Source: Paraspadella gotoi (taxonomy: Eukaryota > Animalia > Chaetognatha). From it: a stretch of 64,000 bases of DNA. The first letter of the stretch is position 1. Every line of letters begins with the position of its first letter. The translations under genes were made by a program, and so were the position numbers. Below are positions 1 through 18,007 of this stretch, piece by piece. The notes below the pieces were generated by a model that made no database searches, had not been told where the DNA came from, and saw only the letters and a program-made list of their open reading frames with translations. The stretch lies in NCBI GenBank assembly GCA_051294375.1, contig CM119268.1, positions 8,613,008 to 8,677,007 of the forward strand, in the 5' to 3' direction.

Positions 1-277
1 ATCAGGGGAGATCAGAGGAATAGAGATGGAATTGAGGATGATTTACTACGTGAGTGCGGGAGAGTATGAATGATAAAGAAAATAAGATTTATCAAGAGAA
101 ATAAAAAAGAGAAAGATTTATTAGGTAAAAAATTATCAACAAGATTGCTTAAATGTATATTTGTTATTAATGCCATCTTTCCCCCATTTCACATTTCCCT
201 TTTATTTTATTTTTTTTCACCACCAACTTAACAATTACAGCCACCTCTTCTTCCCCACAACCCGTTAAAAACTTCAG

Positions 278-3200
278 GAGCTTCTCGCGCAAGCCGGAGC
301 CATGATCTCGGAGACGGTCACTCAGATCCGCACGGTGCGGGCCTTCGCGGCCGAGTCCCGCACGCAGAAGGCCTTTCATGCGATTTTGCAGATTGCCTAT
401 GAGGACGGCCTCAAGCTCATCTTCATTCGCGCTGGGTTCGACGCCCTCGAGACCTTCCTCTTCAACATCTGCTACGCTGGATTCTTTATCCTCGCTGTCT
501 TCATGATTATCTGGGGCAAAATCAAAATGGATAATGTACTTGTCTTGCTCATTTACGTCACGCAGGTGGAAAGGGCGGACCTGGTGGTCCGTCTTCGGGC
601 GTCTTTCGTATCGTGTAGATCCGAATCATGAACGCCTCTTTCTCCAGGTTATCGCCGGCTCGGTCGAGTTGATGATGGGAGTAGCGCATGTGGCCGAAGC
701 TACGGGTGCTTCCACGCGGACCTTCGACATCCTACAAACGCGACACGAAGACATCGTCGACAAGGCCCGATTTCGCCGGATGCTCAAGATCACGAACCCA
801 TCGTTGGAGCACTCGGCCAAGGATTTTGACGGCTCCATCGTTTTTGACAACGTCTGCTTCTCCTACGGGAGATCGCCTCGGAATGTGTTGACCGGTGATT
901 CCGAGCCGTTGGTTGGGGGGAGGTGATTGATGTTGTTGATGATGTAAGTCTTCTGCATCATCATCTTAGTCCTTGTCGGCTGCGAGTAGTTGTTGGTTCC
1001 AGGGATGTGGAGCCGGAGTCGGAGCTGGAGCCGGAGCTGAAATATATAAATCTGAAATTTTTTTTCTGTAATAAAAACCTAAATCATTTATATATCAAAA
1101 TTTTATATTGATTGGTTTTGATTTGACTTGGCACTGAGCGGAGAAAAGTTGCCTTCAAAATTGAGTTTAATTTTAAAACTCTATTTTTTTTTTTAAATCT
1201 GTTTGTCTAACTTTTTAACTATTTTTTTACAAAACTTTATATAAAAAGGTATCAATATTAATATCTTCTGAAAGCTCTTAAAAAGATTGGCATAATTAAA
1301 AATACTGTAATTTTAAAATTAGCCTATCTTACTTTAAGATAATTATTAAATTAAAAATTCTTAAAGAGCAGTTTTTGAATAATTATTAAATTATTGTTAG
1401 CTGTTTTAATTTAGTTTTTTTATGCTTTTTTATGATACCTATATAAACAATAATTGGTAAGATCATTATAGTAAAAAAAGGTCAGATATTTAAAAAAAAA
1501 TATTTTAGGATTTTATTATTTTAATTTAGATTATTTTGATTAAACTAAAGCTGGTTAAGCTTATTTTCAAGTTACAATATTCTTAAATATATCATTTTCT
1601 TCAAATTTTCAAGAGCTTTCAGAAGATATTAATATTAATACCTTTTTATATAAAAGTTCTTATTTGGAAAAAAAACAAAAATTTGTTATTTGATAACAAT
1701 GATTTTGTTTTTTTTTTAAATCGGACATGTTTCGACTCTAGGACTTCAGAGTCTTCATCAGCATTTAAATTTACAAACGTTTCAGTTTTTAAATATTGAG
1801 TTTGCAAATTTAAATGCTGATGAAGACTCAAAAGTTATAGAGTCGAAACATGTCCGATTTAAATAAAAACAAAATTATTGTTGTCAAATAATCAAATAAT
1901 CTGAGTTTTAAGTAAAATCACTATAACAAGAATGCTAAATATAATTCACAGTTAAATTACCAAATATTTTGCTTATTATTTTAATATTTTTTAAAATAAT
2001 TTTAATTATATATATTTTTTAATATTAAATATATTATAATATAAAACAAATATTAAATATAGTTAAAATATATGCTGGAGCCGGAGCCGGAGCTGGAGCC
2101 GAGACAAAATTAGGTCGGCTCCACATCCCTGGTTGGTTTATTATGTGGTGTTAAGACTCGTTGCGATAGATATTTAATTACTTATTGCACTATCATACTC
2201 AATTAAAAAAAACGACAAAAGCAGCGATATCATCTACGGGAGGAGAAATAACGCCAACGTCAAATCCGGCCACCCTCATCTCTCTGTCCCAGACGTCAGT
2301 TTCGAGGTCAAATCGGGCCAGACGGTGGCGCTGGTGGGCGCGTCCGGCGGAGGAAAGTCCACGATCGTCTCGATCATCGAGCGATTCTACAATATAAATT
2401 CCGGTGCCGTCTTAGTTGGCGGCCGCAACGTCGCCAACATCGACGCCGCTTGGATGCGGAAATATCTCGTCAGCATTGTGGCGCAGGAGCCGAGTCTCTT
2501 CCAGGGCACGGGTTCGTCGAAACGAAGGGGTTGTATTGCTTGTTATTGTTTGTGATTAATATTTTTATTAGTTTTAGTCGCGGCGACAAGGCGACTCAAT
2601 GAGATAATTTTCTTGTTGGTCCATGGACATTATTTTAAGAATAAGTTGATATTCATGGTATTCAAATGCCAAGCGCTGAAGAAGGCTCGAATTTTGTGAG
2701 CCGAAACATGTCTGCATCTTATTAAATAAAATCGTTGTACAAAATTAAAAACTTTGCTAAGAATAAGTTGAAAAACTACAAAATATTTTAGATGTTTTCT
2801 ATTGTCTAGATCTCGTTTTCAGTGAGAACGATAATAAAAAGTTAACTGGAGGAAAAATAAGGGAAAAAAATATATCAATATTCAATAACAATAACGATTA
2901 AAAGGCTCATAGATGAATGAACATATGTTTTTATAGTGGTTATACCAATTTCGTTGAGAGCGCCTCGACTAATAGATCGCTGGAATCAGCGTCAACAACT
3001 GCAACAACGCCTTCCCGTTTCAGTACGTTCGAACATCGCCTACGGTCGCCCCGAGGCATCCAAGGCCCGCGTCGAGGAAGTGGCTCGCCAAGCCAACGCC
3101 CACGACTTCGTGTCCGAGATGGACAAAGGTTACGGGACTCTGGTGGGAGAGCGCGGCGTCAAATTGTCTGGAGGACAAAAGCAGAGAATCGCCATCGCGA

Positions 3201-3969
3201 GAGCGTTGCTGATGGAATCGAAGATATTGCTGTTGGACGAGGCAACGTCGGCCTTGGACGCCGAGAGCGAGTCTTTGGTTCACGTAAGGAAAAGGGGGTT
3301 GTGGGTGAGGAATGGTAAGAGGCGGGAATGGTGGCGGAGGGAGGGGGGGTTAACAGAGGTGAGAGAAGAGAGAAGACAGTTTTAAACAAAGTAAGATTAG
3401 ATAGTAAAGTTTGATACCGAAGCTTTTTTAAGCTTTTTTAAAGCTTTTTAAAAAGAGAAACGAAAAAGGATTTCTTGTTCTGTGTATGTATCTCCGATGA
3501 GGAAGGGGTAATAATAATGAGGGTGAGCAAGAAGCGGATGTAAAATCGCGATCGGCATTAGAATACATTCAAGTATTGATTTAAAATGAGGAAAGATAAG
3601 TTAAAGAGAGTTCAGGAATTAAAAACATTTAACTAATGCCCTTGTTTTAGAAAGAGACCGGACCTTTTTTTTTACTATATCAATTCCAGTGAGTCAAGAA
3701 AGGCAGGTTACTGCAAACCCTTTACGAAAAAAGAAAACCATGTTTAATCTGTGGATTGGATTTCCCAGGACGCCTTCGACCGCCTGATCGCGGATTCCGG
3801 CACGACCGTCTTGGTCATCGCCCACAGACTCTCGACGATTCGATCCGCGGACGTCATTCTCGTCATCTCCGACGGGCGGATCGTTGAAAGGGGAAGTCAC
3901 GAGGCTTTGATGGCGATGGAGCAAGGGGCGTACAGGAAGTTGGTCGATAGACAGCTGACGATCGGTTGA
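278..3969 (+). CDS. ABCB-subfamily ABC transporter (end of TMD plus complete NBD), 3' part; exons 278-565, 648-894, 2293-2511, 3024-3283, 3769-3969; 5' exons lie upstream of the window
   Basis: GT-AG bounded exons join in frame. They give the ABCB TMD motif [15 protein letters not shown], Walker [11 protein letters not shown]-loop VAQEPSLF, signature [15 protein letters not shown], Walker B/D-loop [13 protein letters not shown]-loop IAHRLSTI, and stop TGA at 3967-3969. Half versus full transporter cannot be decided from this window. Confidence 0.95.
1231..1658. repeat. ~48-bp inverted repeat pair (possible nested foldback/MITE) inside the hAT element
   Basis: 1231-1279 (aaaactttatataaaaaggtatcaatattaatatcttctgaaagctctt) is the near-perfect reverse complement of 1611-1658. 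Confidence 0.7.
1724..1761 (-). ncRNA. Minimal type I hammerhead ribozyme
   Basis: Minus strand reads CUGAUGA-A-GACUC-(10-nt loop)-GAGUC-GAAA-CAUGUC: conserved core, 5-bp stem II, palindromic ACAUGU stem III, GUC cleavage triplet. Confidence 0.8.
1817..1854 (+). ncRNA. Minimal type I hammerhead ribozyme
   Basis: CUGAUGA-A-GACUC-aaaaguuaua-GAGUC-GAAA-CAUGUC. Flanks uuuaaaug / c(g)auuuaaa can form stem I. Confidence 0.82.
2676..2712 (+). ncRNA. Minimal type I hammerhead ribozyme (Penelope-like remnant) in ABC intron
   Basis: CUGAAGA-A-GGCUC-(loop)-GAGCC-GAAA-CAUGUC. Stem II shows a compensatory change relative to the GACUC/GAGUC copies. AATAAA follows at ~2725. Confidence 0.8.
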
Positions 3970-4118
3970 AAGTCAATACAAGCTTAGTGTATATTTAAAC
4001 GCGACTCTTCTTGCTTTTTTTTCCTTTTTTTAATTCGATAATGAAACAGGATAGTCAATTTGATAGACACTGGTGGACAGATGTGTAAATTTTCCAAGTT
4101 TTAATTTCAAAAACTAAG

Positions 4119-4287
4119 TTAGAACAAAGTTTGAAGAAAGATTTAACAACGATTTTTATTTCATAGTGAAACGGACATGTCTTCTTCAGAAATTGGCGCT
4201 GAAGAAGACTCGTATGTGAGTCGAAACATGTCCGTTTCACTATGAAATAAAAATCGTTGTTAAATCTCTCTTCAAACTTTGTTCTAA
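4119..4287. mobile_element. Penelope-like element remnant: inverted pseudo-LTR palindrome downstream of ABC stop codon
   Basis: 4119-4189 is the reverse complement of 4199-4287, except that the left arm lacks the stem II-GAAA segment. Confidence 0.7.
4199..4232 (+). ncRNA. Minimal type I hammerhead ribozyme
   Basis: CUGAAGA-A-GACUC-guaugu-GAGUC-GAAA-CAUGUC, followed by AATAAA at 4246-4251. Confidence 0.82.
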
Positions 4288-4714
4288 ATCAAATCACAAC
4301 GAAACAGAAAGGAAAAAAAATACAAAAACTAAGTTATAAGTTTTTTTCCTAATGGAATCGCAATTAGCGAATAAACCGGAGACAAAAGACAGAAAATGTA
4401 ATGAAATAAAAAAAAAAAATAAAAAAAAAGAATAAAGCGGAAAAAAGAGCGAAATACTAAGGTGAAAAATCGATGTTTTTATGACCATCGCGACTGGCGA
4501 AAAAAAAAGAGTCGTTTCTCGATCGTTTGACTTTACGATCGTCGCTAGGAAACCAATTTGCGCCTCTGACACGAGCCACGTATACACGTTTAATTACGTT
4601 CAAGTACGCAATATACTAATGAAGAACCTGCTCATTACGTCAAACTCGGTATATTTTAAATATCATAAACATGGCAACTTGCAGTTGCCAAGTACCCTTG
4701 ACGCCGTGGTAGTA

Positions 4715-6041
4715 AGGCGTAGTGAAAGTTACATACGAAAATTCTAAAAGTCAATTATGAACAACATACCATCAGTTGAACATTAATTTGTAAAAAAAAT
4801 TAATTTTATTTTTTTTGCAGTAGGCTATATTTATATATAGTACTCTGGTGGTCCTATCACCACAGATGGATTAAAGCTGTTTCTTTCACAGCGCCTCAGT
4901 GGCTCAGTGGACTAATGCACCATCCCAATGTGCGTCCCTGGTTCGAGCCCTGAGGTTGTCATGTAGAAAGTGGGATGGACCGGGTAACCCGCCTGTAGGC
5001 ATGCGCTACTGCCAGATCCAAAGCTCTGGACTACATGAACATGCTGTCTCGCTGTCACCACGAGGTGACACCGCTGTGGGTGTGGCGCCCTGTAAAACCA
5101 GCCTCTTCAATGGTGAGCCCAACGTGATACGAACACGCAACCAACCGGGCATGATAATACTCCTCTGCCCTTGATGTGGTTTGAGCTACGCAGCTGCCAC
5201 TCAAAGCAAGACCACCAGAATGAAGAGAGGTTCAGCGGAGAGACATGCGCTTCATCCCCTGCTTCGTACTCTCATATGCGAGAGTCCTGGGGGCGGCTTT
5301 CTGGTGGTCCTATCACCACAGATGGATTAAAGCTGTTTCTTTCACAGCGCCTCAGTGGCTCAGTGGACTAATGCACCATCCCAATGTGCGTCCCTGGTTC
5401 GAGCCCTGAGGTTGTCATGTAGAAAGTGGGATGGACCGGGTAACCCGCCTGTAGGCATGGGCCTACTGCCAGATCCAAAGCTCTGGACTACATGAACATG
5501 CTGTCTCGCTGTCACCACGAGGTGACACCGCTGCGGGTGTGGCGCCCTGTAAAACCAGCCTCTTCAGTACTATCCTTATAAAATCGAAAAATTTCAAAAT
5601 AAGCTTTTCTTAATTTTGATTGCATATTTGAATTCCTCGTCAAAAGTTGATAAAAGAAAATATAAATCATTTTTAAAATTCTTTCATTAAGTGGGTTAAA
5701 AATTAAAAAAACTATATTTAATATATAAAAAGTTAATTTTTAGCTTCAAATATAGCTTATTCTAATTTTTGACCCACTTAATGAAGGAATTTTTCAAAAA
5801 GAGTTATATTTCTTTTTACAACTTTTTATGACGAATCTAAATCTGCAAAAAAATCTTAGAAAAAACTGTTTTGAAATTTTACATTTATTGATTTAGTACT
5901 AGTATAAATATGGCCTACTGCGTAAATTGTAAAATTTATTATAAACTTTTTTATTACATAAATGTTCATTAATATAATGTTGTTCGTTCCTCACTTTTAG
6001 AATTTTAATTAAAGTTTAAATTTAGAAATTTTACTACGCCT
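4715..6041. mobile_element. Foldback-type MITE (~600 bp imperfect palindrome) interrupted by the small LTR element
   Basis: Ends AGGCGTAGT / ACTACGCCT flanked by TA. Segments 4740-4843 plus 5567-5720 are degenerate reverse complements of ~5748-6007 (e.g. gcagtaggctatatttata vs tataaatatggcctactgc; ttcattaagtgggttaaaaatta vs taatttttgacccacttaatgaa). Confidence 0.7.
4844..5566 (+). mobile_element. Non-autonomous miniature LTR retrotransposon (TRIM) with tRNA-derived LTRs (Helenus-like)
   Basis: LTRs 4844-5109 and 5300-5566 are ~99% identical and end in CA. TSD GTAC(T) on both sides. 190-bp non-coding interior starts with PBS-like TGGTGAGCCCAACGTG (5111-5126, similar to the tRNA-Lys PBS TGGCGCCCAACGTG) and ends with a G-rich tract. 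Each LTR has Pol III A box TGGCTCAGTGG (4900-4910) and B box GGTTCGAGCCC (4940-4950). Confidence 0.9.
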
Positions 6042-6146
6042 TAGTGGGTAGTTAATACAGAACAAGTATATTATTAATGCTTGAAATTATTATTTTTCCG
6101 CGTATCCTTTTTTCTTTTTAACCCTCTCCCCCGCCTACCGCCGAAC

Positions 6147-6292
6147 CTGCACAAGGATTGTCCGTTTTTCAAAGCATCTTTAACTTGAAACTGATCCTTG
6201 ACGCCCTCTTCCGGTGACAACTTTTCCCCCAGCACTTCCTCCATCCATTCCAGCGCTTCCGTCGCCAGCACCACGTCGAACTTCGCCTGAGA
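6147..6292 (-). CDS. Myophilin/transgelin/MP20-like calponin-homology protein, coding exon 2
   Basis: tttttcAG acceptor and GTtcgg donor. Encodes SQAKFDVVLATEALEWMEEVLGEKLSPEEGVKDQFQVKDALKNGQSLC(R), the N-terminal CH-domain helix and LKNG..LC motif. Phase-0 join to exon 1. Confidence 0.9.
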
Positions 6293-6525
6293 CTGAAAAA
6301 TGGGACGGAAGAAGGGGGGGGGGAATTAGGTGAGAAGGTATGTCTGGTATTTATAGATATGTGAAAGTAAAGTTCAGAAACTGTTTCAATTTTAATGCAC
6401 AGGTTTTTTTTATGATTGTTTTATTATTAATACTTTGATAGTTTTAATATGTTATGTTCTCTCTCTCGCTAACTATTTCTCTCTATTTCTCTCTCTATTG
6501 CTCTTCTTTTTCTCTCTATTGCTCT

Positions 6526-6644
<119 letters not shown>

Positions 6645-7914
6645 CTCTCTCGCTTTCTTTCTCGCTCGTTATTTCTCTTTCTATTTCTTGCTACTTTTTT
6701 TGATCGTATTTTTTTAAAACCTTTACAACCTCATTGTGAGTACTGAATAACTGCTCGTCTCATGTGAAATTAATCCCATCCGGAATGACGGCCCGACAGA
6801 TAATTTATAAAGTTAACTATAAAAAGACTTAATTAAAACTGGAAAAGTCTTCTCATCATGCGACAGATAAAAAATGGATCGAAGGATTGCTAACAAAAGT
6901 TATTCTTTCTTTCCTTAACAGGGATAATTGGCGTCGAATGGCACGAGATGGCACCTTACGGCGTCAAATGGCACCAGACGAGATTAAAAGGCGAATGGTG
7001 GGAAAAAGCATCTAATTCCAGAGGATAGTATCGGATACCAGGTAATGGTATCAAAGGAAATTGAATGGGATGGAATGACATCGTAAGGTGTCCAACTGCC
7101 AAACGTGATCTCGTTCCACGATCACTCGCGACTGCAGAAAACTCAATACGATGCTCTTTCTCCTTAATTGCTACGTAGGGAGATCAGACGAGAAAATCGG
7201 AGTAACTCGAAGAAAGGGGGGAAAAATGGCTCGTTTGAAAATCGCACCCCGCAGACAAATTCCTAACACCTCGATTAATATCAAGTCTAAAATATAGAGG
7301 ATATCAATTTTGGTATTCTGGTACACAGACCATCATTTTTCTAATCGATCACGGACAAGGTCATAACCCTTCCTATCTGGAAGACAACCCTCGTCAACCA
7401 CCCTCTTTTGTTTCTCTCTCTTCTCCGACTCGACGCGAGGCGGCGTCGCGGAAAATACACATTCGCCATTTCCTCGCACGAGCGCTCGTCTTCCTCCATT
7501 ATTTAAACGTAAGCAAAGCAGCCAGAAGCGCTCGAGCGAAGACTAACGGCGAAAAAGTGAATAAAAAAATGTGAATAAAAGAGAAAAAAAAAAACAGCGG
7601 TTTCCGCGTGGAACAGTTTTTCGTCGCGCGCGCTTTTCGAATCGGCGGACGCGAAGTGAGAGCGAGAGACGTGACTCGTGATTAGAAAGACGAAGACAAC
7701 GACGGCGGGGAAAACGACGACGGTGATGACGACGACGACAACGACGACGGTGATGACGACGACGACAACGACGACGGTGATGACGACGCCAACGAAAGAC
7801 GACAGAGCTCACGAGCGACGCCAATCGGTGACGAAAGACGCAGAAGTGACAACCACGGTGGAAAACGATTCGCCACTTCTTCGGGCATATTCTCTCTCTC
7901 TCTCTTCTCTCTCT

Positions 7915-7981
<67 letters not shown>

Positions 7982-8025
7982 CTCCTCTCTCTCTCTCATC
8001 TCCTCTTCTCTCTCTCTCTTTTTCT

Positions 8026-8118
<93 letters not shown>

Positions 8119-8959
8119 CCTGCGAATAGATTTTTTTCTCTTTTTCCGACAAAATACAAAAAAACGGGAAAACGACAAAAGTGACTTTTGTCTAAACCTT
8201 TTTTTTTAATTCTCTCATACTCCGGATCTAGACCCGTGAGTTCACTTATATAACCTTTTTACATATTTATAATCACTAAACGATCCATTCAACAAATCCT
8301 CATTTGTTCTCTAATGTCGGCGTCATTTCTAAACCAATCGGTTCGCAACCACGAAACGCAATTAATTAAGGGAAAACTGTTGCTAATTTTCAGACGCCCC
8401 CTTTTCGATCTGGAAATAAAAAATAGGGACAAAAACCGCAACGACGCGACCCGAGATTTTCGATATTAAAACTGATAAACTGTCAGGTTGGATGATTTAG
8501 GTCCATTAGGAAGTAACCAAAAATCTGTTATCTCGATGTTATCGGCGGATTTTTCCTTCTTTTTCTTTAAAAATAGTTCCACGGAATAACTTTTTTTTTC
8601 TCTTCCTTCCTCTTTCGCTTGTCATGACGATTTCGTGTTTATTTTACCCAAGGGAAAAAAAATCTCAGCGACTTTTATGCGGTTTTCATCTCATAATTTA
8701 ATATGACGAGTCTTTTTTTTTTTTGGATGAACAGAAAACCTTTTTATTAAGAGAATCGTCAAAGGGTTTCAAGAACTTGAAAGTCTGTAGAATAGACACT
8801 TGGGTGGAGTGATGAAAAGATTGAGCGATTAAACATAATTTTTTTGCTGCCTATGGAAATTGTAAATGTAATTAACGAATTTTCCTAATCATTTTAATTT
8901 TTTTTCTAGCAAAACAGTATAATAAATTGAATTATTTATGTAATAATATTCTTATAAAA

Positions 8960-9300
8960 TTACTAATTTTCAAAATTTTTTTTATATTTTTAACATATTT
9001 GGATTTGTCTTAAAAAACTAAGAAACTTTTATAAAATACGTTATATGATATTTTAATGTTTAGACCGTAAAAAATGACTTAATCTTTTTAATATATATAA
9101 ATTTTATAAGTTTCTACTACAGAGATTAAAAAAGTTAAAAAATTTTCCCCCCATTTTAAATGGTGAAGACGACAGAATTTTTTATAACATGTTTTATATT
9201 TTTGATTTAACTTTTTATGAAGAATCTGAATCTTTATTAAAAGTTTAAAAAAATATTTTTAAAATTTACGATTTATAAAAATATTACTACAAATATATTT
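8960..9300. mobile_element. Degenerate copy of the foldback MITE family seen at 4715-6041
   Basis: ctttttatgaagaatctgaatct (~9211) resembles actttttatgacgaatctaaatct (~5822-5844), with a decayed inverted partner near 8990-9020. Boundaries approximate. Confidence 0.4.
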
Positions 9301-10123
9301 TATTTTACTATTCTGTTCCCGAGGCAATATGAACAAAATATTTTTGTACTTGTTAATCATACAATCACACGTCTAAATATCTAGGTTTGATCACTCAAAT
9401 AATTTTTTTATTCTTGAGAGCTTCATTCTAATAGACACGTCGCAGTCGACAATTTGGGCTCGAGTCTACCGTAATAAAATTACGGTTTCAAATTATCTTT
9501 ATTCTTGTCATTTTTTTATTTCTACTGGGAAATGAAAAATAAATAAAATTTCATCGAGAAAATTATTAATTATCCATTCAGAGAAAAGCATTAAATTTAA
9601 TTTTCGAATCTAACAATCGAAGAATTAAAAATATTTTTTATTAATATTTTTTTTCTTTCAATTCTATCTCAGATTTCATGGCGCGTAAAGCTAATCAAAA
9701 ACTGGGATAAAACTCGCGAAGCCATCGGATGATGACGGAGATTAAAGGAGAAAGGCGAATCGATTGCGAGAGATCAACTTCTAATTGCTATCAGTGAAAT
9801 CTCGTCTCACAGGATCAGAGACTCACAACGTCGGAGATTCCGCCGAGTTCCGCCAATTTTTACCTTTGATGGAACGAGCCTGATTCAAACAAAGACCCTT
9901 TTTTTTTTTCTAGGCGACTCAATATTGTCGTTTGGTGGGACTAAAATGTCTTTTTTGCCCACCAAGCCATCACGGTACACCCTGACAAACTAGAGATAAA
10001 ACCTACAGTTTTACCTACACCTACAAGCCTTCTCTCTCCCGACCGTGTCCACTTATTGCCGACCCAAGCCTTCTTCCGCCTCCTCATTGCCGACCCTCTC
10101 TCCCTCGCCGATCAAAACCCAAG

Positions 10124-17424
<7,301 letters not shown>

Positions 17425-17912
17425 TCCGAAAATAAACTTTCGTTTCCCCCTAACTTTTAATATATATATACCTAGTATATGTTTATCATAATGAGAAAAC
17501 TTACGGTCTGCGACCCTTGATCAAGGAATTCTCGTTTTGGCGAACGGCATATATATATATATTATATATTTAAACTTCTCAAACAATGCTGGTAAAAGAA
17601 GGTGTGGTTAGGCCCAGTAATTTGAATGAACGTTGAATTAAACTCTTTATATTTCTTGGAAGCAAAGGTTAACGTTTTAAATTTTTTTTTTTTAAATATC
17701 GTTAATTTTCTAATTGAAAAAAAAAATTAAGTACTAAGAAAAACGGTTGTGACAAACGAGTGAGAGATTTTTTGAGACGGAAAGAGTGATAAAATATGAA
17801 ATAAAAGGAAAAGTAAAAAAAAAGAAAAAAGGTTAAGAGGTTGAGAGCATCTTCGATCAATTTCGTATTGGGAATGGGAGAGTATGAAACTTTAAACAAT
17901 GCCGAAGAATAA

Positions 17913-18007
<95 letters not shown>

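Larger units (their letters stand above)
1686..1891. mobile_element. Penelope-like element remnant: inverted pseudo-LTR pair (~200-bp palindrome)
   Basis: Two ~90-bp arms in inverted orientation, each with a hammerhead core. AATAAA follows the + arm core. Confidence 0.7.
1000..2131. mobile_element. Non-autonomous hAT-type DNA transposon (MITE) in ABC intron
   Basis: Perfect 16-bp TIR CAGGGATGTGGAGCCG (1000-1015 / 2116-2131), 8-bp TSD GTTGGTTC / GTTGGTTT (992-999 / 2132-2139), and subterminal GGAGCC/GGAGCT hexamer arrays at both ends. No transposase ORF. Confidence 0.88.

Noticed and set aside
4893-4957. Functional tRNA gene
   Set aside because: A and B boxes are present but T-stem and anticodon arm do not form a cloverleaf, and it is part of a repeated LTR.
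6930-7095. Degenerate ~10-bp periodic tggc/atgg motifs (similar at ~10560-10720)
   Set aside because: Too decayed to define a unit or function by eye; probably old minisatellite.
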